From Candidatus Nomurabacteria bacterium (lineage in GTDB: Bacteria > Patescibacteriota > Minisyncoccia > Phycocordibacterales > UBA9973), in NCBI GenBank assembly GCA_023267215.1, contig JAHFNS010000001.1, positions 174,710 through 238,709 of the forward strand: DNA of 64,000 bases, given 5' to 3'. The position numbers and the translations under genes were made by a program. The notes beneath the pieces are model-generated. The model did not search any database. It had not been told where the DNA came from and saw only the letters and a program-made list of their open reading frames with translations. Every line of letters begins with the position of its first letter. The stretch's first letter is position 1. Below, piece by piece: positions 30,713-39,300 of the stretch.

Positions 30713-30732
30713 ATCTACGCCATGGCGTAGAT
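30713..30732. repeat. Perfect 20-bp palindrome (family C) upstream of paralog 4
   Basis: ATCTACGCCATGGCGTAGAT. Confidence 0.75.
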
Positions 30733-30840
30733 GCTACTTTTTGATATTGTGCCACCAGATTTTAACGCGAAATTTAACTGTCTGCCAAGCCATTGGCACA
30801 ACATATCTGATATATTTTAATTTTGTTTTTATTCTGTTCA

Positions 30841-32622
30841 TCATACAAATTCAGCTTGATAACATTTCTCACAATATACTATTTCCTTCCTTTCGTCACT
30901 TATAGCTGTCTCAAATTCATTCTGGCAAGGACTATTATCATGTGTATGTTTTATGGTATTTTTATATACACCATCTTTTGATTCTACACCATTACACATA
31001 CATTTTCTATGCCATAATTTCGGTGGATTTTTCTTTTTTGTACGTTGTATGTATCTACAATTAGGACATAAATGCGGTAAGGTTATATTTATTTGTCTGT
31101 GAAATTGTAGCTCATTAGGCAATATACGGAAAGCCTCTGTACATTGTTCATTACATTCTCCTTTATGTTCACATTCTATTACTTCGTTTAAAATCGAATC
31201 TTCTACATCTTTAATATCATCTGGTAAATCTTCAGCTTTTAAAGTAACTCTATAATTTCTTTCTTTTTCTTCATGCCATTTAAATCCTTTTTCTAGAGCT
31301 TCTTCTTTACTTAAAGGAAAATATTTATGAGCCCATGTTTCATTGTAAGAGAATAAAGAAAGATCACTCGGAAAATGCTCCCCATATTTATATATCTTTC
31401 CACAACTATCTATATGTGGCATATCCATCATATGCTGTTTGATTTTAGGAATTAATTCCTCATATTCCTCTTTAGTATATTGTTTATTTAAAATGCAATA
31501 TTTTTTATTTTTTAGATTTGTGCAACCAAAACAATTTGAACAATTATATATTTTATTAGAATATTCAATATCTTTAGAGTCATAACAGGCACGGCTAAAA
31601 AAACAACGTTGAGAATGCATCCCTCCGGTATTTTCATAATAAAGTTCTGTATTACCACCACATAAAATGGCATCATAACTATCTTTCATTAAAAGACCAG
31701 CCATAAAAATAAACTTGCTGTTTTCAACCCCCATACGTGTAGCAAAACAAAATTGACAATTTTTAGTATTTCTAAGATCGTCCCCAGTTACATTTACAGA
31801 ATTAGTTATTAAAGCAAATCGTCTTGGAATTTTATAATAAAAATCCCAGAATTTTTCTTCTATTTTTTTTAAAGTACCATAACTACTTAAATTCCAATTT
31901 TTGATTTCTTTTTCATATTCTTCTTTTGTATATTTCTTGTTAAAGATACAATATTTTTGATTTCTCAAATTTACACAACCAAAACAGTTCGAACATCCAA
32001 TACAATTTAAAAGAAATGCGGAATCCATACATTCATCTGAAAAATAAACAAATTTAGTGTTATAAACCCCATTTGAGTCTAAAGTTTCATATATGTGGTC
32101 ACCATTTATTATAAAATCAGAATCCATAGAATCACGAACAAAACCAGGGGTTTGACAGTTATAACAATTAATTGATTCATAGCCATCAAATGTCAGCATG
32201 CAATTTTTACAACGGATATTCCCATTACAATAACCAAGATCAGAGGAGTTTTTAGATCCCGTCGCTTGATTTGGTACAACTTTTTGCAATTCATAAAATT
32301 GTTCTAAAAATGGCTTTGAAAAATCATATTCCCTACCATATTCTATTCCATCCCAAGAATCTCCATGCCAACATGAAATACAATAAACCTTAAATGGAGA
32401 ATTTTCATTATAAATACTTATAATTTCTTTATTACAATTTTCACATTTATCCTTATAGAGAGATCTATCTTCACGATAAGCAAGACGTCTTATCATTCTA
32501 CACTCCGGACACCAAGTCGGTGAAGGTACTTTTATCTTTTCATAAAAATTAAAATCTTCCGGCTCTATTGTGAAGTCTTTTTTGCAATTCTGACATATTC
32601 TTTTTTCTTGTTTATATTCCAT
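30841..32622 (-). CDS. Cys-rich multi-zinc-module protein, paralog 5
   Basis: MEYKQEKRICQNC, NCFGC twice, YGEHFP, insertion in the last Cys module. Confidence 0.9.
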   Translation of the reverse strand: MEYKQEKRICQNCKKDFTIEPEDFNFYEKIKVPSPTWCPECRMIRRLAYREDRSLYKDKCENCNKEIISIYNENSPFKVYCISCWHGDSWDGIEYGREYDFSKPFLEQFYELQKVVPNQATGSKNSSDLGYCNGNIRCKNCMLTFDGYESINCYNCQTPGFVRDSMDSDFIINGDHIYETLDSNGVYNTKFVYFSDECMDSAFLLNCIGCSNCFGCVNLRNQKYCIFNKKYTKEEYEKEIKNWNLSSYGTLKKIEEKFWDFYYKIPRRFALITNSVNVTGDDLRNTKNCQFCFATRMGVENSKFIFMAGLLMKDSYDAILCGGNTELYYENTGGMHSQRCFFSRACYDSKDIEYSNKIYNCSNCFGCTNLKNKKYCILNKQYTKEEYEELIPKIKQHMMDMPHIDSCGKIYKYGEHFPSDLSLFSYNETWAHKYFPLSKEEALEKGFKWHEEKERNYRVTLKAEDLPDDIKDVEDSILNEVIECEHKGECNEQCTEAFRILPNELQFHRQINITLPHLCPNCRYIQRTKKKNPPKLWHRKCMCNGVESKDGVYKNTIKHTHDNSPCQNEFETAISDERKEIVYCEKCYQAEFV

Positions 32623-32629
32623 AATCCAG

Positions 32630-32665
32630 ATTCCCCCATATACGCCATGGCTGATATGAGGGAAT
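32630..32665. repeat. Palindrome family C between paralogs 6 and 5
   Basis: ATTCCCCCATATACGCCATGGCTGATATGAGGGAAT. Confidence 0.75.
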
Positions 32666-34320
32666 TAATTGATATTTTGTTTATAACACTCTTCGCAGGC
32701 TATTTTTTGATATCCCCATTCTGGTAAATAATATGCTTCTATATCCTTTTTACAATAAATACATTTGTATGGATATACTTGCAATACCATCAAATCTTTC
32801 AAGATATTTTTTATTCTCACATCAAAATGTAATCTCGGAAGTGGAATATTATTTTCTTTATAAAAAATAAGTTCATTTTTTGCAATATTAAAACGCCATC
32901 CTGTCTCCGGGCAAATGAGTGCTTGGGTAACTATCGTATCTTCTACATCTTTAATATCATCTGGTAATTGATTTGTCGGCATACCTTCTACATTATTTTC
33001 AACAACATCTTCCCAGTAACCCCCAAGTTTTAAAATATCCTCTTTTTTCGTATCAGGAAAATATAAAAATGCACTGGAAAAATTGAAAGGTCCAGCGCTC
33101 ATAGAATAAGGTAAAAACTTTCCATATTCTTCTCTTTTCTTCATATCAGAAATAATTTTATTTTTTAATTCTTCATACTGTTCTTTAGTATATTGTTTAT
33201 TTAAAATACAATATTTCTTCTTCTTTAAGCCAACACAACCAAAACAATATTCACATTCAATACATAGATCTAAATATTCAGAATATCTAGATGAAGACCA
33301 GTTAGAGTACTTGAGTGCATAATTCTTATCACAACAACTACAATTACCAGATAATTCTGAATACCAACAACCATTAGCATCAATATCGGATTTTTTTCTC
33401 ATTCCTCGAATACAATTCGAGCAATCCTCAGATTCATTTATTGTATTACAATTATGACAATTTTTTACATCTAGTAGATAATCGCCATCAGAACCATAAG
33501 CTCTCATATTAAAGTTTTCTCTATGGACTACTTCTTTTTGAACAATTTCATCAAAATGTCTCTTATAATCTTGTATTGATTCATACGAGCCGAGTTTGAA
33601 TAATTTTAATTTTTCCAAATATTCTTCCCTTTTATATTGAATATTTTCTATACAATATGATTTTCCCCTTAAATTCCAACACATAAAACAATTCTGGCAA
33701 TTGCGACAATCATACAAGAAATAGGAATCTATGCAATCGCGGGAATGTTTAGAGAAAAAAAGTCTATAAGAATGGTGACATTCTGAAATTTCATAGCATT
33801 TTTCACAATCAAAACATATTGTTGCGTCCAGGGAATTTTTAACTTTTATGTTTCTATATGAATAGAATAAATCTTCACATTCTTCCATAGAACGAGATAA
33901 GTAACAATTTTTAGAATTCCATACATCATCACACCAATCACAGCCAGTATTTTTTTTACCGTTCTGATGAGGATGAGGGACTTTTTCTTGAAGCTCTTGA
34001 AGTTGTTCAAAAAATGATTTATTTTCATCATAATCTTGACCGTAATCCATAGCATCCCATTTGTCGCTATACCATTCGGAAGATGTATAGATTGGATAAC
34101 GACTTTTTTCCGGTAATACTGTGATCAAGCTTTCACCTGAGAGGTCAGACTTGCCTTTTCTAAATTTTCCAAACATCCAAAAAGATAAATGTATCTTTAC
34201 ACGACAGAAAAAACATATGGTTGGTAATTCTATGCCAACTTTTTCATATAAAGAAAGTTCCCCCTCTGTTATGGTAAATAGATTTAGACAGTGCTCACAA
34301 GTTTTACTTTGCGTTTTCAT
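32665..34320 (-). CDS. Cys-rich multi-zinc-module protein, paralog 6 (most divergent)
   Basis: MKTQSKTCEHC, WYSDKWD, YCFGC, YGKFLP; ATG overlaps the grpE end by 17 nt. Confidence 0.88.
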   Translation of the reverse strand: MKTQSKTCEHCLNLFTITEGELSLYEKVGIELPTICFFCRVKIHLSFWMFGKFRKGKSDLSGESLITVLPEKSRYPIYTSSEWYSDKWDAMDYGQDYDENKSFFEQLQELQEKVPHPHQNGKKNTGCDWCDDVWNSKNCYLSRSMEECEDLFYSYRNIKVKNSLDATICFDCEKCYEISECHHSYRLFFSKHSRDCIDSYFLYDCRNCQNCFMCWNLRGKSYCIENIQYKREEYLEKLKLFKLGSYESIQDYKRHFDEIVQKEVVHRENFNMRAYGSDGDYLLDVKNCHNCNTINESEDCSNCIRGMRKKSDIDANGCWYSELSGNCSCCDKNYALKYSNWSSSRYSEYLDLCIECEYCFGCVGLKKKKYCILNKQYTKEQYEELKNKIISDMKKREEYGKFLPYSMSAGPFNFSSAFLYFPDTKKEDILKLGGYWEDVVENNVEGMPTNQLPDDIKDVEDTIVTQALICPETGWRFNIAKNELIFYKENNIPLPRLHFDVRIKNILKDLMVLQVYPYKCIYCKKDIEAYYLPEWGYQKIACEECYKQNIN

Positions 34321-34894
34321 TGTACTCAAAAACATTCACTCGGGCGGCACGAATCACACGGTCGCCAAGTTTATAACCCTTTTGAATAACTTCAGATATT
34401 TTATGATTATCTTCTTTTTTTTCTGTCGGCGTCATATCTATAGATTGATGAATATTTGGATCAAAATTTTCTCCAACTTCTCCTATTTCTTTCACATTAT
34501 ATTCTTCAAAAATTGTGTTCAATTGAGCATGAATATATTCCACTCCTTTTCTCCAACTTTCATCCACTTTCTCCCAAGCTTCACGATTAGCAAAAGCCAT
34601 ATTAAAACTATCTAAAACACTTAAAAATCTAGTTAGAATTCTCTCACGCATAGATTCTGAAAAATTGGCTTTCCTTTCTTCTTCTTGTTTTTTATAATTT
34701 ATAAAATCTGCTCGCTCTTTCTGCCAACCTGTCAGATATTCTTCTTTTTCAGCTTTACACGTCTTCAAATCGGCCCTTAGTTTCTTAAGAGTCTTTTTTA
34801 GATCTTCTTCACCATCTTCATTGAATTCAAACTCCAAAACTTCTGCCTCTGGTTCAGATTCTTTTGAGATTTCTTTATTTTCTTCTTCTGCCAT
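34304..34894 (-). CDS. grpE: Nucleotide exchange factor GrpE
   Basis: RADFINYKK, FDPNIHQS, QKGYKLGDRVIRAARV; start chosen 6 nt after TAATAT (alternative 34900). Confidence 0.95.
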   Translation of the reverse strand: MAEEENKEISKESEPEAEVLEFEFNEDGEEDLKKTLKKLRADLKTCKAEKEEYLTGWQKERADFINYKKQEEERKANFSESMRERILTRFLSVLDSFNMAFANREAWEKVDESWRKGVEYIHAQLNTIFEEYNVKEIGEVGENFDPNIHQSIDMTPTEKKEDNHKISEVIQKGYKLGDRVIRAARVNVFEYNENAK

Positions 34895-34926
34895 AAGCAT
34901 ATATTAGCATATCTTTTAAAAAAGAT

Positions 34927-35011
34927 AAAATAATACTTTTTTCGACATACGCTTCAAAAAGATACTTAACGATATCAGGTTCGAGTGCGAGCCGTTAAAA
35001 AGTGTTATTTT
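34927..35011. repeat. ~85-bp structured dispersed repeat, copy 1
   Basis: Homologous to 48311-48396; closing AT-rich stem. Confidence 0.8.
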
Positions 35012-35018
35012 ATATTTT

Positions 35019-35444
35019 TTATCTCTTAGACCACTGAGGTGCCTTTCTTGCCTTTTTGAGGCCGAATTTTCTACGTTCTTTTGCACGAGGGTCACGTTTT
35101 AAATATCCTAAATCTTTCAAATTGTGTCGTAATTCTCCATCAAATAAAACCAAGGCTCTAGAGAGACCATGTCGTACAGCTTCTGCTTGTGAATGAATCC
35201 CCCCACCTAGAACTTTTGCTACAACTTTCCATTTTAAATTATTCTTTTCTTTATCTTCAATCCCTTTCATAAGCGGATCCCAAATTAAGCGACGTTGTTC
35301 TTCAGTTCTAAAATATTCCTTGGAATCTTTATCATTAACAACAAAACTAGATTTAGAGGCTTCAAAAATACGCACTCTAGCTGTTGAAGTTTTTCTTCTA
35401 CCTATTGCCTCAATATATTTTTCTTTTGATATTTCTTTTATCAT
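35019..35444 (-). CDS. rpsI: 30S ribosomal protein S9
   Basis: GRRKTSTARV, GGG..SQAEA.RHG, ERRKFGL.KARKAPQWSKR. Confidence 0.98.
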   Translation of the reverse strand: MIKEISKEKYIEAIGRRKTSTARVRIFEASKSSFVVNDKDSKEYFRTEEQRRLIWDPLMKGIEDKEKNNLKWKVVAKVLGGGIHSQAEAVRHGLSRALVLFDGELRHNLKDLGYLKRDPRAKERRKFGLKKARKAPQWSKR

Positions 35445-35460
35445 TTTTCTTATAAATATT

Positions 35461-35829
35461 TTAATCTTCTACTATTAAATTTTTCATCATTTCTCTTCTT
35501 AATTTATTTCCTGGAAGCATGTGATAGACAGCTAGTTTGACTAATTCTTTCATCCCTTTCTTTTCAGCTGTTTCTGTGCCTTTCAAAATACGAAGACCAC
35601 CTCTATATCCAGAATATCTAGTGTGAAAAATTTCATCTAATTTTTTGGTAGTAATCTTAATTTTTGAAGAATTCATCACTCTTACTTTAAAACCAGAATA
35701 AACATTTCTTTCAAATGAAGCTTTATTTTTACCCATCAAAAATACAGCCACCTCGCTTGCAACTCGGCCTAAAGTTCTCCCACTGGCATCTATTATTTTT
35801 TCTTCTGTTTTATTGTCTTGCTTTTTCAT
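35461..35829 (-). CDS. rplM: 50S ribosomal protein L13
   Basis: IIDASGRTLGRVAS, GK.K, SGYRGG, MLP. Confidence 0.95.
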   Translation of the reverse strand: MKKQDNKTEEKIIDASGRTLGRVASEVAVFLMGKNKASFERNVYSGFKVRVMNSSKIKITTKKLDEIFHTRYSGYRGGLRILKGTETAEKKGMKELVKLAVYHMLPGNKLRREMMKNLIVED

Positions 35830-35835
35830 AATTTT

Positions 35836-36189
35836 TTATACAAATTCTATTAAAGCCATCGGTGCTCCATCTGCTTTTCTAAGACCCAATTTTAAAACTC
35901 TAGTGTAACCACCTTTTTGATCTTTATATTTAGGCGCAATTATTTCAAAAAGTTTCTTCACTTCACGACTACGATTTGAAAGTTTGGAAATAATAACTCT
36001 GCGTGTAGCCATATCTCCTTTTTTTGCTTTTGTTATAAGTTTCTCAATAAAAGGACGCAATTCTTTTGCTTTTGGTTCAGTTGTTTTTATTTTTCCACGT
36101 ACAATCAAATTAAGTGCCAAAGAATTCAACAGCGCTTTTTTTTGATTTTTAGTTCTTCCAAATTTTCTTTTTGTATTATGGTGTCGCAT
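35836..36189 (-). CDS. rplQ: 50S ribosomal protein L17
   Basis: MRHH, IKTT.PKAKELR, GGYTR, R..DGAPMALIE. Confidence 0.97.
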   Translation of the reverse strand: MRHHNTKRKFGRTKNQKKALLNSLALNLIVRGKIKTTEPKAKELRPFIEKLITKAKKGDMATRRVIISKLSNRSREVKKLFEIIAPKYKDQKGGYTRVLKLGLRKADGAPMALIEFV

Positions 36190-36193
36190 ATAA

Positions 36194-37183
36194 TTATTCT
36201 TTTAGGTTTAAACCAAATTTGCTCAAAACTTTTTTAATTTCACTTATTCCTTTTTCTCCAATACCTTCAATTTCAAGTAAATCTTCTCGTTTTTTTCGAG
36301 CCAAACCTCCTAAGGTTCTCACATTTCCAGCTGTAAGAGCATTCAATGTTCTAGTAGAAAGATCAAGACTGTCAGTGCGAGTTTTTAAAACATCGGTAAA
36401 ATCATCACCTTTTTTTTCTTCATTATCTTCTTTTTTATCTTTTCCAATATTTTTAACTGCAACTTCTTTATTTTCAAGTATTGGAACTTCCACTTCTTTA
36501 AAATCAATAATGGACTTTAATTGATAAATCATTATTTCAATAGACTTTAAAAATGCTTCACGTGGAGTAAGGGTGCCATCTGTCTCAATAGAGATTCTTA
36601 AACGGTTATAATTTGTATTGTCTCCGACACGCATATTTTCAACTTCATAAGCTACACGACGAATCGGAGTAAAGATACCATCAACAGCAATCATCCCTAT
36701 ATCAACTTTTTCTTTTTGTAAAATTTCTTTAGGAACAAAACCTAAACCTTTTTCAACCTTCATTTCAATATTTAAATCAACTTTGCCTGTGACCTCAACA
36801 ATGTATAATTCAGGATTTAAAATTTCTACTTGTCCACCAGTTTTTACATCTTTTGCAGTAACTTCTTTTGGACCTTTAACAGAAAGCGTCACCATTTGTG
36901 GTTCATCGGATATCATCTTAAAACGAATCTTTTTCAAGTTCAAGATCATCACAATGACATCTTCTTTTATACCATCCATTGTTTGAAATTCATGGCTAAT
37001 ACCATCTATCTTTATAGATGTAATACTAGCACCCGGCAAAGAAGAGAGAATAATTCTTCTCAAACTATTGCCAAGAGTATGACCATATCCAGGATAAAGA
37101 CCATCTATTTCAAATACTCCTTTATTGTTTTCTTCTAAAACAATACGAGGTTTAGAAGGCAAAATTATTTTATATTCAGGCAT
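36194..37183 (-). CDS. rpoA: RNA polymerase alpha subunit
   Basis: GYGHTLGNSLRRIILSSLPG, HEF, FTPI.RV.YEVEN.RVG, alpha-CTD. Confidence 0.98.
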   Translation of the reverse strand: MPEYKIILPSKPRIVLEENNKGVFEIDGLYPGYGHTLGNSLRRIILSSLPGASITSIKIDGISHEFQTMDGIKEDVIVMILNLKKIRFKMISDEPQMVTLSVKGPKEVTAKDVKTGGQVEILNPELYIVEVTGKVDLNIEMKVEKGLGFVPKEILQKEKVDIGMIAVDGIFTPIRRVAYEVENMRVGDNTNYNRLRISIETDGTLTPREAFLKSIEIMIYQLKSIIDFKEVEVPILENKEVAVKNIGKDKKEDNEEKKGDDFTDVLKTRTDSLDLSTRTLNALTAGNVRTLGGLARKKREDLLEIEGIGEKGISEIKKVLSKFGLNLKE

Positions 37184-37248
37184 AATATTTTTATACTTTT
37201 AAATTTTAATAATGCTTGTTCCGCTTTTAGCGGAAATAAATAATAAAA

Positions 37249-37854
37249 TTAACGACTATAAAATTCGAGCACAGCATTTAAATCAAGAAAAGTCTCTACA
37301 TTTTTTGGCTTTGCTAAAATATTTCCTTCCATCTTAGTAACATCAAATGTCATCCAAGAAGGAGAATTATAATCTTTCAATCTTTCGGTTAAATTATCAA
37401 ATATTTTCTTTATTTTTGAACCTTCACGAATCTTGACCACATCTCCTACTTTTACCTCATAGGAAGGAATAGTGATTTTATGGTTATTCACAATAAAATG
37501 TCCATGAGAAACCATCTGTCTTGCTGCTCGTCTACTTGCTGCTAAACCCATTCGATAAACTACGTTATCTAAACGAGCTTCTAATTCTTCATAAAATTTC
37601 TCGGCTGTTCCAGCTCCTTTAATATGACTTGCTTTTTTAACGTAATTTGAAAGTTGACGTTCAGTGATACCATAAGAAAAACGGATTTTTTGCTTTTCTA
37701 TAAGTTGAACACCGTATTCAGATAAAGCTTTGGGGCGACGCGCGTTTGGACCACCAAATTTAGGAGATGAAGCAGAAAACTTTGGAGTCTGACATTTGTC
37801 ATATACCCCGGCTCCTAATCTTCTTCCTATTTTAAATTTTGGTTTTGATATCAT
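37249..37854 (-). CDS. rpsD: 30S ribosomal protein S4
   Basis: SEYG.QL.EKQK, LEARLDNVVYRMG, ARQMVSHGH, EFYSR. Confidence 0.98.
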   Translation of the reverse strand: MISKPKFKIGRRLGAGVYDKCQTPKFSASSPKFGGPNARRPKALSEYGVQLIEKQKIRFSYGITERQLSNYVKKASHIKGAGTAEKFYEELEARLDNVVYRMGLAASRRAARQMVSHGHFIVNNHKITIPSYEVKVGDVVKIREGSKIKKIFDNLTERLKDYNSPSWMTFDVTKMEGNILAKPKNVETFLDLNAVLEFYSR

Positions 37855-37898
37855 AAGTTAGTTTCTAGATTCACTAATCGCTAGTACCTAATTGATAA

Positions 37899-38330
37899 TT
37901 ACACTCTCCTTGGTTTCTTGGCTTTTGGACCATTATGTGGAACTGGAGTAGCATCTTTTATGGCTGTTATTTCTATTCCATGAGCCATAAATGCTCTAAT
38001 AACTGGTTCACGTCCTGAACCAACCCCTCGTACCACAACATCCGAATCTTTTACTCCGAGTACAGCTGCCTTATCACCTATCAAATCACCTACTTTGGAA
38101 GCTGCAAATGGAGTCCCCTTTTTTGCTCCTCTAAAACCTAAACTCCCTGCACTAGACCAAAATAGTGTATTTCCTAATTTGTCTCCAAAAAGAACCTTCG
38201 TATTATTAAATGTTGCGTCAATATACAAAATCCCAGAAGTTATTTTTTTCTTAGGTGTTTTCGCCTGAGTTGTTTTAACTTCTACTTTTTCTAAAGAATC
38301 AGATTCAGTTGTAATTTTTGTTTTTCCCAT
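37899..38330 (-). CDS. rpsK: 30S ribosomal protein S11
   Basis: ATFNNT, GFRGAKKGTPFAA, TPVPHNG. Confidence 0.98.
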   Translation of the reverse strand: MGKTKITTESDSLEKVEVKTTQAKTPKKKITSGILYIDATFNNTKVLFGDKLGNTLFWSSAGSLGFRGAKKGTPFAASKVGDLIGDKAAVLGVKDSDVVVRGVGSGREPVIRAFMAHGIEITAIKDATPVPHNGPKAKKPRRV

Positions 38331-38339
38331 TTTTATAAA

Positions 38340-38720
38340 TTATGTTTTACTTTCTTTTCTCTTACCTGAAGCCATTGTACGTCTTACATTTCCTCTTACT
38401 GTTCGAGAATTTGTTTTTGTTCTTTGGCCTCTAACTGGCAATCTTTTGATATGTCTAACACCTCTATAGGTCTTAATGTCTTTCAATCTTTTGATATTTG
38501 CAGAAATTTCTCTTTTTAAATTTCCTTCAATTTTCATTCCTTCAATAATTGCACGAATTTTATTTTCCTCTTCGGGTGTCAAATCTTTTGCTTTTTTACC
38601 GACATCTATACTAACTTGTTTTAAAATTTTTCGAGCAGTCGAAATACCTATTCCATAAAGGCATGTCAAACCAATCTCAAGTCTCTTTTCGTCTGGTACT
38701 GTTATTCCTAAAATTCTCAT
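38340..38720 (-). CDS. rpsM: 30S ribosomal protein S13
   Basis: LT.LYGIG, YRG.RH...LPVRGQRTKTNSRT. Confidence 0.98.
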   Translation of the reverse strand: MRILGITVPDEKRLEIGLTCLYGIGISTARKILKQVSIDVGKKAKDLTPEEENKIRAIIEGMKIEGNLKREISANIKRLKDIKTYRGVRHIKRLPVRGQRTKTNSRTVRGNVRRTMASGKRKESKT

Positions 38721-38722
38721 AA

Positions 38723-38833
38723 TTATTGTTTTTGTTTATGTTTTGGATTAGAACAAATCACTCTTAAATGTCTGGCTCTTTTAACCATTTTACAATTATC
38801 ACATATTTTTTTAACTGTTGATCTAATTCGCAT
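38723..38833 (-). CDS. rpmJ: 50S ribosomal protein L36 (absent from the ORF track)
   Basis: Manual translation [36 protein letters not shown]. Confidence 0.95.
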   Translation of the reverse strand: MRIRSTVKKICDNCKMVKRARHLRVICSNPKHKQKQ

Positions 38834-38955
38834 AAAAATATTTAATTGACCAAAACAAGACAAAAATAAAGGGAAAACCCTTATTTTTCAATGTTTAAAA
38901 TCTTTTATAAACTGTAATTACTATAATACACCATTCTTAAAAAAAATACAACTAT

Positions 38956-39201
38956 TTAAAACCTTTTTATTATTCTTCCTTTTCCACCATAAGGATCGAG
39001 TACGACCTCTACAGAATCCCCAATTAAAACTTTAATTCTATGCATACGCATTTTTCCACTAAGATAAGCCAGAATTTCTTTCTTCCCTTCTATATTACTT
39101 TCTGTTTTATCTTCAATTTGAACTCTAAACAAAGTAGAAGGTAATGATTCAGTAATAACCCCTCTAGTCGTTAAAATTTTTTCGTTTTTTAAATCACTCA
39201 T
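38956..39201 (-). CDS. infA: Translation initiation factor IF-1
   Basis: G.ITESLP...FRV, AYLSGKMRMHRIKVL.GD.V. Confidence 0.96.
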   Translation of the reverse strand: MSDLKNEKILTTRGVITESLPSTLFRVQIEDKTESNIEGKKEILAYLSGKMRMHRIKVLIGDSVEVVLDPYGGKGRIIKRF

Positions 39202-39248
39202 TAAGTACTATGATTATAATAAATATAAAACTTTAAGTCAAAGCACAA

Positions 39249-39297
39249 TGTTGATAAGCTGGGCTTAAGGAAACTTCTCCTAAGCCCAGCTTACGGG
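39249..39297. repeat. Family A doublet with DnaA-like box downstream of paralog 7
   Basis: TGTTGATAA; TAAGCTGGGCTTA and inverted TAAGCCCAGCTTA. Confidence 0.8.
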
Positions 39298-39300
39298 AAA

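Noticed and set aside
28962-34320. Classical integron
   Set aside because: No intI gene, and the hairpins are short and lack RYYYAAC...GTTRRRY ends; kept only as an analogy.
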